Origin: an uncultured beta proteobacterium
GTDB lineage: Bacteria > Pseudomonadota > Gammaproteobacteria > Burkholderiales > Burkholderiaceae_C
Length of the DNA stretch: 64,000 nucleotides
NCBI GenBank assembly: GCA_903876735.1
Contig: CAIRAW010000038.1
Coordinates: 94,932-158,931 of the forward strand
Reading direction: 5' to 3'
Positions 23,198 to 33,918 of this stretch are shown one piece after another. Each line of letters opens with the position of its first letter. Position 1 is the stretch's first letter. The notes beneath the pieces are model-generated. The model made no database searches and was not told the origin of the DNA. It worked only from the letters and a program-made list of their open reading frames with translations. The position numbers were made by a program, and so were the translations under genes.

Positions 23198-24262
23198 ATG
23201 ACGACATACACGCAAACGCGCAATCCCGGCATCCTGGCTGCCTTTCTGGCGGCTGCCTTGTTTGGGGGCGCCACGCCACTGGCCAAGCTGCTGCTTGCGA
23301 GCATAGACCCCTGGTTGCTGGCTGCGCTGTTCTACCTCGGCTCAGGCTTGGGCCTGCTGTTCTACCGGCTTCTGCGGCGAACCGAAGCAACAGCCATGGC
23401 ACGAGCGGACTGGCCCTGGCTGGGCGGCGCCATCGCCTCTGGCGGGGTGCTGGCGCCGGTGCTGCTGATGTACGGTCTGCTTCACATGCCGGCCTCAGGC
23501 GCGGCGCTGCTGCTCAACGCCGAAACCGTCTTCACCGTGTTGATTGCCTGGGCGGTGTTTCGCGAGAACATGGGTTGGCCCATCGCGCTGGGCCTGCTGT
23601 CCATCGTCGGCGGCGCACTGATCCTGGCGTGGCCGACACAGGTCGGCTTTGCGGGTACCGGAGCGACGATGGCCGTGTTGGGCGCCTGCCTGGCTTGGGG
23701 CCTGGACAACAATCTGACGCGGCGTGTGGCGCTCGCGGACGCCACCTGGATTGCTGCGACCAAGGGCCTGGTCGCGGGGGCTGTCAATCTGGCGCTGGCC
23801 TGCTACCTAGGCGCAACATGGCCGCCTTTGCCCCTTGTGCTGGGTGCCGCCCTTGTCGGCTTTTTTGCTTACGGCGTCAGCCTGACACTGTTCGTGGTCG
23901 GCTTGCGCCACCTGGGCACGGCACGCGTCGGCGCCTATTTTTCCGTCGCGCCTTTTTTTGGTGCCGCGCTGGCGATGCCGCTGCTGGGCGAGCCGCTCAC
24001 GCTGCGTCTGCTGCTGGCAGCTACGGCCATGGGTCTGGGCGTCTGGCTGCACCTGAGCGAACACCATGCGCATGCACACGATCATGCAACGATGGCGCAT
24101 GAACACGAGCACCGGCATGACGAACACCATCAGCACACACACAGCGAAACTGTTAGCGCCGAAGAACCGCACCGGCACCTGCACCGCCATGAACCGGTGG
24201 TTCACAGCCATCCGCATTTTCCCGATGCACACCATCGGCACGAACACGACAGCCCCCGCTGA
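23198..24262 (+). CDS. DMT superfamily (EamA-type) permease with histidine-rich C-terminal tail
   Basis: Ten-TM-like EamA pattern (..GILAAFLAAALFGGATPLAKLLL.. and a second repeat ..LGACLAWGLDNNLTRR..). The last 71 residues (LHLSEHHAHAHDH..HHRHEHDSPR) contain 25 His by my count. The ATG at 23198 is preferred over the TTG at 23168. It follows the hutF stop after a short gap (8 nt to the TTG, 38 nt to the ATG). Confidence 0.8.
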   Translation: MTTYTQTRNPGILAAFLAAALFGGATPLAKLLLASIDPWLLAALFYLGSGLGLLFYRLLRRTEATAMARADWPWLGGAIASGGVLAPVLLMYGLLHMPASGAALLLNAETVFTVLIAWAVFRENMGWPIALGLLSIVGGALILAWPTQVGFAGTGATMAVLGACLAWGLDNNLTRRVALADATWIAATKGLVAGAVNLALACYLGATWPPLPLVLGAALVGFFAYGVSLTLFVVGLRHLGTARVGAYFSVAPFFGAALAMPLLGEPLTLRLLLAATAMGLGVWLHLSEHHAHAHDHATMAHEHEHRHDEHHQHTHSETVSAEEPHRHLHRHEPVVHSHPHFPDAHHRHEHDSPR

Positions 24263-24428
24263 TCATTCCTTGCGCTGGCTCAAAATCCTGGCCGATCAGA
24301 CCTGCTTGCGGCGTTCATCTGCGTTGTAGTATCTCTCCTTCGCCAAGACCCCAACCCATTTTCAACTGCCGCACGAAACGGCAAAGGTGTAGAAAATCAC
24401 GCATCCAGTCGAATCGCCAGCGCATCGC

Positions 24429-27062
24429 ATGAACGAGCTCGATGAATCGATTTCGGGCGAGCCGCACCAGATATTTCTCAACACTGCCATTGCGATGGTG
24501 CTGGCAGCGGACGCCATAGCCTTGCTGGCGCTGCGTCTGGACGCGCCGCAGCAGTCCACGCGCATGCTCGGCCCCATACTGCTGGCCTTGGTGGCTCTGG
24601 TGGCCTGGCTATTTCTGCGCCGGGGCCATCTGCAGGCCACCAGGTACATCCTCGCAATGGGTGCCTGGAGTGTCGCCACCGCCGTTGCCGTCTATACCGG
24701 CGGCGTTCGGGCACCGGTCATCAGCGCCTACCCGGCGATCATTCTGCTTGCAGCATGGATGATCGGGACGCGAACCGCGCTGTTCATTACGGCGCTCACC
24801 ATAGCGGCAAGCGTTGCCATGGCTGGCGCCGAATTTCTGGACTTGTTGCCGGCGCATTTTCCTTCGTCGCTGCTCATGTATGGCGGCGATCAGGTTCTCA
24901 TCTACATCGTGACCATTGTGCTGGCGACGTTTCAGGTGCGCGCCTACTGGAAGCGCGTGGCGCAACTGCGTAAGAGCGGCGAGACCCTGGCCGCACGCAC
25001 ACAGGAACTCGAAGCCAGCCAGCTGGAACTGACGCAGGCGCAAACCGTCGCCAAGGTCGGCAGCTGGGCTTATGAGCTGGCCACCGACAGCATGCACTTG
25101 TCGGCCGAGACCTGCCGCATCTTCGGCCTGCCCGAGGGCACGCGCGGCAGTCACGCCAGCTACCTGGCGCGCGCGCATCCGGATGACCGGCAGGCGGTAG
25201 CGGCTGCCTGGCAGGCCGCACTCGAGGGCGCCGCATTTGACCATGAGCACCGCATCCAGATCGGCTCCAAGGTGCGCTGGATACGGCAGAAGGCAGAGCT
25301 GAAACATTCTCCTGATGGCATGACGATCAGCGCCGTTGGCGTGACGCAGGACATCACCGATCGCAAACAGGCCGAACTCGCGCTGCGCTCGCGTGACGAA
25401 CGCTTCCAGTTGCTGTTCAACCGGGCTACCGACGGCATTGTCGTCATGCAGCCTGACGGCACCATTTTGGCCGTCAACGAGTCCTTCGCACGCATGCACG
25501 GCTACACGCCGCAGGAAATGCAAAACCTGAACCTCAGGTCGCTCGACACCCCCGCGACGCTACCCCATTTGGCCCAGCGCTTGAAGCGTATTCTGGCCGG
25601 TGAGGCCCTGACCTTTGAAGTGGAACACTTCCACAAGGACGGTCACATCGTGCCGCTGGAGGTGAGTTCAAGTCTGATTGTTTCTGGCGGTGAAAGCCTG
25701 ATCCAGGCCTTCCACCGCGACATCAGCGAGCGCAAGAGGACTGAGAAAACCATCAACAATCTGGCTTTCTATGACCCGCTGACCAATCTGCCGAATCGCC
25801 GCCTGCTGCTCAACCGCGTGGCGCAGGTGCTGACCAGCGGCAGCCGCCATCAGCAAAAAAGTGGCCTGCTGTTTGTTGACCTGGACAATTTCAAGACACT
25901 CAACGACACCCTGGGCCATGTTCAGGGCGACGCCCTGCTGGCGCAGGTGGGCCTGCGTCTGCAGAGTTGCGTCCGCGAAGGCGATACCGTGTCGCGCCTG
26001 GGCAGCGACGAGTTTGTCGTGATCCTTGAAGACCTGAGCAAAAACGAACTCGAGGCGGCGACCCAGAGCAAGACCGTGGCTGAAAAAATGCTGCTCGTCC
26101 TGGGTCAGGACTACCAACTTGATCACGGCGCCCATCACAGCAGTGCCAGCATCGGCATCACCCTGTTTGGCGGCGGTCAACAGGAGAGCAGCGAAGAACC
26201 GCTCAAACGCGCGGAGCTGGCCATGTACCAGGCCAAGGCGGCGGGGCGCAACGGCATCCGCTTCTTTGACCCGCAAATGCAGGTGGAAGTCACCGGTCGG
26301 GCGCTACTGGAAGCGGCTTTGCGCGAGGCACTTCTTGCCAGTCAGTTTGTGCTGTTCTACCAGTCACAGATCATGAGCGACGGCCACATGACCGGTGTGG
26401 AAGTCCTGGTGCGCTGGCAGCACCCGCGACGCGGACTGGTGTCGCCCGGCGAGTTCATCCCGCTGGCCGAAGAAACCGGCCTCATTCTGCCCCTGGGCCA
26501 ATGGATACTGGAGGCAGCGTGCGAACAGCTTGCGCGCTGGTCAACCCAAGCCGGGATGATGCACTTGAGCATTGCAGTTAACGTCAGCGCGCGTCAATTT
26601 CACCAGCATGACTTTGTCGATCAGGTGCTGGCAACACTGGCGCGTACCGGCGCCAACCCGAACCGGCTCAAGCTGGAACTGACCGAGAGCATGCTGCTCG
26701 GGGATGTCGAAGCGGTCATTGCCAAGATGGACGCGATCAAAGGCCATGGCGTAGGCTTCTCGCTGGACGACTTTGGTACCGGCTATTCCTCACTGTCCTA
26801 CCTGAAGCGCCTGCCGCTGGACCAGCTCAAGATCGATCAGGGCTTTGTGCGCGACATTTTGATCAATCCTGACGATGCGGCCATCTGCCAGATGATCATC
26901 GCCCTGGCCGACAGCCTGGGGCTTGCCGTGATCGCGGAAGGAGTTGAGACCGCGGCGCAGCGCGATTTTCTCGCTGCACTGGGCTGCCACACTTACCAGG
27001 GCTATCTGTTTGGCCACCCCCTGCCGCTGGCGCAGTTCGAGGCGCTGGTCCAACACGGCTGA
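24429..27062 (+). CDS. Membrane-anchored PAS-PAS-GGDEF-EAL signalling protein (c-di-GMP turnover)
   Basis: 877 aa. The N-terminal ~170 aa are polytopic, followed by a coiled coil and two PAS-like segments. The GGDEF domain has an RxxD I-site and a variant A-site (REGDTVSRLGSDEF). The EAL domain carries EVLVR, ELTES, DDFGTGYSSLSYL, KIDQGFV, EGVET and QGYLF. Confidence 0.9.
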   Translation: MNELDESISGEPHQIFLNTAIAMVLAADAIALLALRLDAPQQSTRMLGPILLALVALVAWLFLRRGHLQATRYILAMGAWSVATAVAVYTGGVRAPVISAYPAIILLAAWMIGTRTALFITALTIAASVAMAGAEFLDLLPAHFPSSLLMYGGDQVLIYIVTIVLATFQVRAYWKRVAQLRKSGETLAARTQELEASQLELTQAQTVAKVGSWAYELATDSMHLSAETCRIFGLPEGTRGSHASYLARAHPDDRQAVAAAWQAALEGAAFDHEHRIQIGSKVRWIRQKAELKHSPDGMTISAVGVTQDITDRKQAELALRSRDERFQLLFNRATDGIVVMQPDGTILAVNESFARMHGYTPQEMQNLNLRSLDTPATLPHLAQRLKRILAGEALTFEVEHFHKDGHIVPLEVSSSLIVSGGESLIQAFHRDISERKRTEKTINNLAFYDPLTNLPNRRLLLNRVAQVLTSGSRHQQKSGLLFVDLDNFKTLNDTLGHVQGDALLAQVGLRLQSCVREGDTVSRLGSDEFVVILEDLSKNELEAATQSKTVAEKMLLVLGQDYQLDHGAHHSSASIGITLFGGGQQESSEEPLKRAELAMYQAKAAGRNGIRFFDPQMQVEVTGRALLEAALREALLASQFVLFYQSQIMSDGHMTGVEVLVRWQHPRRGLVSPGEFIPLAEETGLILPLGQWILEAACEQLARWSTQAGMMHLSIAVNVSARQFHQHDFVDQVLATLARTGANPNRLKLELTESMLLGDVEAVIAKMDAIKGHGVGFSLDDFGTGYSSLSYLKRLPLDQLKIDQGFVRDILINPDDAAICQMIIALADSLGLAVIAEGVETAAQRDFLAALGCHTYQGYLFGHPLPLAQFEALVQHG

Positions 27063-27081
27063 GGCCTTTTTTCAGACAAAC

Positions 27082-27142
27082 AAAAACCGCCCGGCTCTGG
27101 CGTACCCAACCCCTTGGGGTCGGCACGCCGCGGCACGGGCGG
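27082..27142 (-). terminator. Possible intrinsic terminator after lctP
   Basis: On the minus strand, CCGCCCG (complement of 27136-27142) pairs with CGGGCGG (complement of 27087-27093) and is followed by TTTTTGTTTG. The enclosed loop is long and itself structured (CCCCAAGGGG), so the structure is not canonical. Confidence 0.35.
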
Positions 27143-27161
27143 CTTGGCAGATGGCGCGGTT

Positions 27162-28823
<1,662 letters not shown>

Positions 28824-28883
28824 AGGTGTCTCCTCTAAAAAAATTGAAAAATATAACTTTGCTAATCCCTGATCCATCTCTTC

Positions 28884-28996
28884 GTCATCGCGCGGCCATC
28901 AGGCCGTGGCGATCCATGCTCCCAGTTGTCATGCCGGACTTGATCCGGCATCCACTGCCACGCGCACCCTGGATTGCGGATCGAGTCCGCAATGAC
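28884..28996. repeat. REP-like palindromic element (type 1), one full unit plus a related half unit
   Basis: 28928-28996 reads GTCATGCCGGACTTGATCCGGCATCCA..TGGATTGCGGATCGAGTCCGCAATGAC. It is an imperfect ~70-nt palindrome, and each arm has its own hairpin. 28884-28918 (GTCATCGCGCGGCCATCAGGCCGTGGCGATCCATG) resembles a left arm. The same family occurs at 57133-57220. It lies between the dld stop and the lctP start. Confidence 0.75.
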
Positions 28997-29036
28997 AATG
29001 CCTGCCCATGACGCATAGGTGGCTGCGAACATCCCA

Positions 29037-31817
29037 TCAGCAAGTGACGGGTATTTCCTCCCGGCTGCATTCCTCAAGCAGGTAAGCAATGGAGCGGTAC
29101 GAGCGCCCGGTCTCGGACGTCAGACCAATCTCGCAGGTGCGGTTGCTGGAAACGCCTTCACAGCAGTTGGATGGCAGCGCCTCATGCACTTTGCGCAGCG
29201 CGTGAACGTTGAGTTCGGGCACGACAAAACCACGGTCGCCGCCAAAGCCGCAGCAGGTCACACCGCTGGGCTCGACAATTTCTTCGACGCAGGCTTGCAG
29301 CAAACGGCGCAGCTTGTCGTCCGAGCCATTGCGGCGCACGCTGCAATTGATGTGCAGCGCGACCGGACCCGGCTTGCGCACCAGCCGCAGGCGCGGCAAC
29401 AGCGCATCGTGCGCGAACTCATGAAAGTCATACAACGCCAATCGACCGGCCAGCACTTTTTGCATGCGTGAGGAGCAGGTGCTGGCATCCATGATGACCG
29501 GGTAATAGCCGCCCTGACCGTCGTCCGCCGCTTTCAGCAGGGCCTGCGTCACGGCGTCGGCCATGGCGTCGGCCTCGACCGCCATGCCCTTGCTCGCCAT
29601 CATCTGGCCGCAGCAAAGTTGGTCAAAGCCTTCTGGCAAGCGCGGCGCGTAGCCGGCACGCTGCAACAGCGTCATGATGACAGGACCCAGCGCCGGTTCG
29701 TCGGCGTTGTTGGCGCCAAAGATGCGCCCGCCGCAAGCCGGGAAATAGACCACCGGGTCGCCCGCGCCAATCGATGGCACTGGCAGTTTTCCGGCCAGCG
29801 GCATGCCGCGTTTCCAGGCGCCGCCACTCAGGCGCCCAACCAGGTTTTCACCCAGCACACTGGCAGCCACGTGACCTGCGCGCAGACCGGTGCGCGAGAG
29901 CGCGGCCACGGTGCCGAAGTTGTCGCCGCTCCACTGCGCCATCTTGTGCGCTGCGGCACCCCGGCCACGACCGCGCAACAGACGCGTGAGCTCGCCGGTG
30001 TCAATGCCGACCGGGCAGGCGGTGGAGCACAGGCCGCAACCGGCGCAGGTGTCCAGGCCGAAGTAGGCAAAGTCGGCCTGCACGTCGGCCGTGCTCTCGC
30101 CCACCGCCGTGCGGCGTGAGATTTCACGCCAGCTCACGATGCGCTGGCGCGGCGACAGCGTGAGCCGGTGCGAGGGACACAGCGGCTCGCAAAAGCCGCA
30201 TTCAATGCAGCGGTCGACGATATCCTCGGCGGCCGGCATCGGCTTGAGGTTCTTCAGGTGCGACTGAGGGTCGTCGTTCAGGATGACGCCCGGGTTGAGC
30301 AAATTCAGCGGATCAAACAACTGCTTGATGCGCCGCATCAGTGCCGTCGCCTGGGTGCCCCACTCCATCTCGACAAAAGGCGCCATGTTGCGACCGGTGC
30401 CGTGCTCGGCTTTGAGTGAGCCGTCGTACTTCTGCACCACCAGCGCGCAGATGTCGTCCATGAAACCGGCGTAGCGCGCCACTTCAGCCTCATCAGAAAA
30501 GTCCTGCGTGAAAACAAAGTGCAGATTGCCTTCGAGCGCGTGACCAAAGATGATGCCCTCGGCATAGCCGTGCCGGCGCAGCAGCGCCTGCAAGTCGAGC
30601 GTGGCACTGGCCAGCGATTCAACCGGGAAGGCCACGTCCTCGATGATGACGGTGGTGCCGGCGCGGCGCATGGCACCGACTGACGGGAAAGTGCCCTTGC
30701 GCACTTTCCAGTACAGATCGCAGGTGGCGGGGTCGGTTGAGAACGCCGGGGCTTCAAGCGTCGCAATGCCGTCCAAAGCGCCGAGCGCGGCCTTGATGCG
30801 CAACTGCAGCGCCGCCGGCGTCTGCGCGCGCACCTCGATCAGCAAGGATGCGGCATCGTCACCGAGCGTGCGCATCAAGGCCGGCATGGCGGGCTTGTCC
30901 TGCACCGAGCGCAAGGCAGGGCGGTCCAGCAGTTCGACGGCAGACACCGGCTCGTTCTTCAGGCGAATCACCGCCTGGCAGGCGCTCTCAATGGTGGGGA
31001 AAAACACCAGCGCGCTGGCCTTATACGGGTCTTCGACGACGGTGTGGTACGTGATGCTGGAGATGAAACCTAGTGTGCCTTCCGAGCCGATCATCAGGTG
31101 CGTGAGGATCTCGAGCGGGTCTTCAAAATCAATCAGCGCATTGAGGCTGTAGCCGGTGGTGTTCTTGATCTTGTACTTGTGGCGGATGCGCGCAGCCAGT
31201 GCCGCATCGGCGCGCGTGGCGGCGCCGATTTGCGCCAGTTCGGCCAACAATCCGGCGTGGCTTTTCCTGAAGTTCACGACGCTGGCGCCGTCTTCGGTAT
31301 CGAGCACGCTGCCATCGGCCAGCAACACGCGCATGCCGGCCAGTGTGCGGTAGCTGTTTTGCGCCGTGCCGCAGCACATGCCGGACGCGTTGTTGGCCGC
31401 TATGCCGCCGATCTTGCAGGCGTTGATGGAGGCCGGATCAGGACCGATCTTGCGACCGAAGGGTGCGAGGCGGGCATTGACTTCGCCGCCGATGATGCCG
31501 GGACCGAGTCTTACGCTGGCGGCGTCAGGCCCGATCTCGCAGGTGGCGAAGCCTTCGCCGATCAGCGCCAGCACGCTGTCGCTGACGGCCTGGCCCGACA
31601 GGCTGGTGCCGGCGGCACGAAAAGTAAGCGTGCGGCCGTTGGCGCGCACCAGTTTCAGCAAAGCCTGAACTTCTGCTTCGGACTCGACCACGACAACAAC
31701 TTCGGGCGTGAGCCGGTAAAAGCTGGCGTCGGTGCCGTAGGCCAGGCGGCGCAGGGGATCCGTGACGATCTGGTGCACGGGCAGGAAGCGCGACAGCGCG
31801 TCAACAAATGCGCTCAT
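29037..31817 (-). CDS. Fused FAD-binding oxidase / 4Fe-4S / CCG-domain dehydrogenase, Dld-II-type (probable respiratory D-lactate dehydrogenase)
   Basis: 926 aa. The N-terminal half is a FAD PCMH-type oxidase. Two ferredoxin motifs are present (CIECGFCEPLCPSH, CAGCGLCSTACPVG), and two CCG motifs (QLCCGQMM, TCCGFGGDRG). ATGA overlap with the lutB stop. Lactate gene context supports the call. Confidence 0.8.
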   Translation of the reverse strand: MSAFVDALSRFLPVHQIVTDPLRRLAYGTDASFYRLTPEVVVVVESEAEVQALLKLVRANGRTLTFRAAGTSLSGQAVSDSVLALIGEGFATCEIGPDAASVRLGPGIIGGEVNARLAPFGRKIGPDPASINACKIGGIAANNASGMCCGTAQNSYRTLAGMRVLLADGSVLDTEDGASVVNFRKSHAGLLAELAQIGAATRADAALAARIRHKYKIKNTTGYSLNALIDFEDPLEILTHLMIGSEGTLGFISSITYHTVVEDPYKASALVFFPTIESACQAVIRLKNEPVSAVELLDRPALRSVQDKPAMPALMRTLGDDAASLLIEVRAQTPAALQLRIKAALGALDGIATLEAPAFSTDPATCDLYWKVRKGTFPSVGAMRRAGTTVIIEDVAFPVESLASATLDLQALLRRHGYAEGIIFGHALEGNLHFVFTQDFSDEAEVARYAGFMDDICALVVQKYDGSLKAEHGTGRNMAPFVEMEWGTQATALMRRIKQLFDPLNLLNPGVILNDDPQSHLKNLKPMPAAEDIVDRCIECGFCEPLCPSHRLTLSPRQRIVSWREISRRTAVGESTADVQADFAYFGLDTCAGCGLCSTACPVGIDTGELTRLLRGRGRGAAAHKMAQWSGDNFGTVAALSRTGLRAGHVAASVLGENLVGRLSGGAWKRGMPLAGKLPVPSIGAGDPVVYFPACGGRIFGANNADEPALGPVIMTLLQRAGYAPRLPEGFDQLCCGQMMASKGMAVEADAMADAVTQALLKAADDGQGGYYPVIMDASTCSSRMQKVLAGRLALYDFHEFAHDALLPRLRLVRKPGPVALHINCSVRRNGSDDKLRRLLQACVEEIVEPSGVTCCGFGGDRGFVVPELNVHALRKVHEALPSNCCEGVSSNRTCEIGLTSETGRSYRSIAYLLEECSREEIPVTC

Positions 31818-33247
31818 GGTTTTCTCTCCTTGAGCAAATCACGCAGCCGTTTGGCCGCCGGAACCAGCGGCGTTCGGCTGCGCGTCCATGCGCCCTGCTC
31901 GGTGGGTGACAGGGCGCGGCCCCGGCTCATGAACCAGGACGCCAGACGGTACAGGCCGAGCTTGCTGTAAACCTGGGCCCAAACGCTCCAGACGGCGGTA
32001 CCGGCGACACTGCGTGCCGCGCCGCTGCCAATCAGGCTGGCCTCGTCGCTGTCCGGGTGGGCCTGGGCCTCGTTGCGCAAGCGCACCAGGATTTCGGGAA
32101 TCGGAATGCGCACCGGACAAACCTCGCCGCAAGCGCCGCACAGGGTGGAGGCAAAGGCCAGCGGGTAGGTGCTCTCAAGCCCAAGCATGTGCGGCGAAAT
32201 GATGGCGCCAATCGGGCCGGGATATGTAGTGCCGTAGGCGTGGCCACCTATGCGCGCATAGACCGGGCAGTGGTTCATGCAGGCGCCGCAGCGGATGCAC
32301 TGCAAGGTGGCGCGCAACTCCTCGTCGGCATAAGCCTGCGTGCGGCCGTTGTCGAGCAGGATCAGGTGCACTTCCTGCGGGCCGTCTTTCTCACCCGCTT
32401 TGCGCGGACCGCTGATCAGGTTGAAATAGGTCGTGACAGCCTGACCGGTGGCCGAGCGCGACAGCAGGCTGTAGAGCGGCGGCACGTGCTCGAGCTTTTC
32501 CACCACCTTCTCGATGCCGGTGATGGCGATGTGCACGCGTGGCACCGTGGTGCACATGCGACCATTGCCTTCGTTCTCGACCAGGCACAGGGTTCCGGTT
32601 TCAGCGACGGCGAAATTCACGCCTGAGAGGCCAATATCGGCGTCGGCAAACTTGCGCCGCAGCACCCGGCGGCCAATCTGGATCAGCGCATCGACGTCTT
32701 CGGTATAGGCCACACCCGGCAGTTCGTCGGCAAACAGTTTGGCGATGTCCTGCTTGGTCTTGTGGATCGCCGGCATGATGATGTGGGAAGGCTTTTCACC
32801 GGCGAGTTGCACGATGTACTCGCCCATGTCGGACTCCATGGCCTCGATGCCGGCAGCCTCCATCGCGTGGTTGAATTCAACCTCCTCGCTCACCATCGAC
32901 TTGCCCTTGATGACGCGCTTGGCCTTGACGCGCTGCGCAATGTCCAGCGCAATCGCGTTGGCTTCATCGGGCGTCTGCGCCCAGTGCACCTGAACGCCGT
33001 TGGCGGTGAGCTTGGCTTCGAGTTGTTCCAGCAGGCGCGGCAAATGCGCCAGGCTGTAGCGGCGAATGGCGGCGCCGAGATCGCGCAGACCTTCAAGCTC
33101 TGCGGCATCCGGAAACTGGGCGCGGCGCTTGGCCTGCAAAAAGTCCATGGCGCCACGGAAATTCTTCTGCTGACCCGGGTTGTTCAGGACCTCAAGGCTG
33201 CGCGCCTTGAAGTCTTCCATCGGATGGATCTTGATGACGCTGCTCAT
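31814..33247 (-). CDS. lutB: Lactate utilization protein B (LutB/LldF), iron-sulfur subunit
   Basis: LUD/DUF162 region plus CIRCGACMNHCPVY and CGACGEVCPVRIP. The ATG at 33247 forms an ATGA overlap with the lutC stop. Confidence 0.9.
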   Translation of the reverse strand: MSSVIKIHPMEDFKARSLEVLNNPGQQKNFRGAMDFLQAKRRAQFPDAAELEGLRDLGAAIRRYSLAHLPRLLEQLEAKLTANGVQVHWAQTPDEANAIALDIAQRVKAKRVIKGKSMVSEEVEFNHAMEAAGIEAMESDMGEYIVQLAGEKPSHIIMPAIHKTKQDIAKLFADELPGVAYTEDVDALIQIGRRVLRRKFADADIGLSGVNFAVAETGTLCLVENEGNGRMCTTVPRVHIAITGIEKVVEKLEHVPPLYSLLSRSATGQAVTTYFNLISGPRKAGEKDGPQEVHLILLDNGRTQAYADEELRATLQCIRCGACMNHCPVYARIGGHAYGTTYPGPIGAIISPHMLGLESTYPLAFASTLCGACGEVCPVRIPIPEILVRLRNEAQAHPDSDEASLIGSGAARSVAGTAVWSVWAQVYSKLGLYRLASWFMSRGRALSPTEQGAWTRSRTPLVPAAKRLRDLLKERKP

Positions 33248-33918
33248 GCGCCCTCCCCCGACGGATGGCACAAGAGAACGACGAGTTCGCGCGGACCATG
33301 CGCGCCATAAGCCAGCGTCTGCTGGATGTCGGCCGTCTTGGACGGGCCGCAGATCAGCAGCGCGTTGGTCGGCAGACCAGCGCTCCAGCCCTCTGCGCGC
33401 ATCGCAGAGTGCAGGTCGGCGTGGATGGTGGCAACGTCAAGCAGCACGAAATGCAGCGAGGGCACGAGCGACATCAGGCGCGGCTCGGACGCATCGGGCC
33501 ACAGGATCAGGCTGCCGGTCTCGGCAATCGCGCTGCGCGCCAGCGTGAGCGAGGCGTCGACCTCGTCAAACAGCACGTCGCGCCAGGAATCGATGCTTTG
33601 CGCGTAGTGCAGCAGTTTGAGATTTGTCGGGCGGCGCGCTTCCAGCAAGGCGCCGTGTGGCGTATCGGCGCCGAGCAGCAGGTTGCGCAGGCCTTTGGCA
33701 GCGGCGATCTGCAACAGCAGTTCCGGCCAGGCTGCAGCCGTGGTGTCATGAATTTCTGTCTTGACCGCTTCCAGCGCGGCGCGCAAGCGGCTGACGCGCT
33801 GCGCGTTATTCTCGTTGCGCTGGTGCGCGTCGAACCAGGCCGCTACATCGGGCAGCGCCGGCAGGCTTGTCGGCGCTGAGGCGCGCAAACGCGCCAGGAT
33901 GGCGTCGCGCGCGCTCAT
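33244..33918 (-). CDS. lutC: Lactate utilization protein C (LutC/LldG)
   Basis: 224-aa LUD-domain protein (..AIAETGSLILWPD.., ..LICGPSKTADIQ..). Overlaps the lutA stop. Confidence 0.85.
   Translation of the reverse strand: MSARDAILARLRASAPTSLPALPDVAAWFDAHQRNENNAQRVSRLRAALEAVKTEIHDTTAAAWPELLLQIAAAKGLRNLLLGADTPHGALLEARRPTNLKLLHYAQSIDSWRDVLFDEVDASLTLARSAIAETGSLILWPDASEPRLMSLVPSLHFVLLDVATIHADLHSAMRAEGWSAGLPTNALLICGPSKTADIQQTLAYGAHGPRELVVLLCHPSGEGA

Noticed and set aside
27057-27072. T6 run right after the GGDEF-EAL stop, considered as a plus-strand intrinsic terminator.
   Set aside because: Only a 3-bp stem (GGC/GCC) can be drawn upstream of the T-run, which is too weak to call.
28826-29089. 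Small ORFs 28826-29011 (+), 28862-29089 (-) and 28885-29070 (-), and similarly 40216-40482 (+).
   Set aside because: They consist mostly of REP-element sequence read in different frames, with no RBS and no coding signal. They are known-style annotation artefacts of palindromic repeats.
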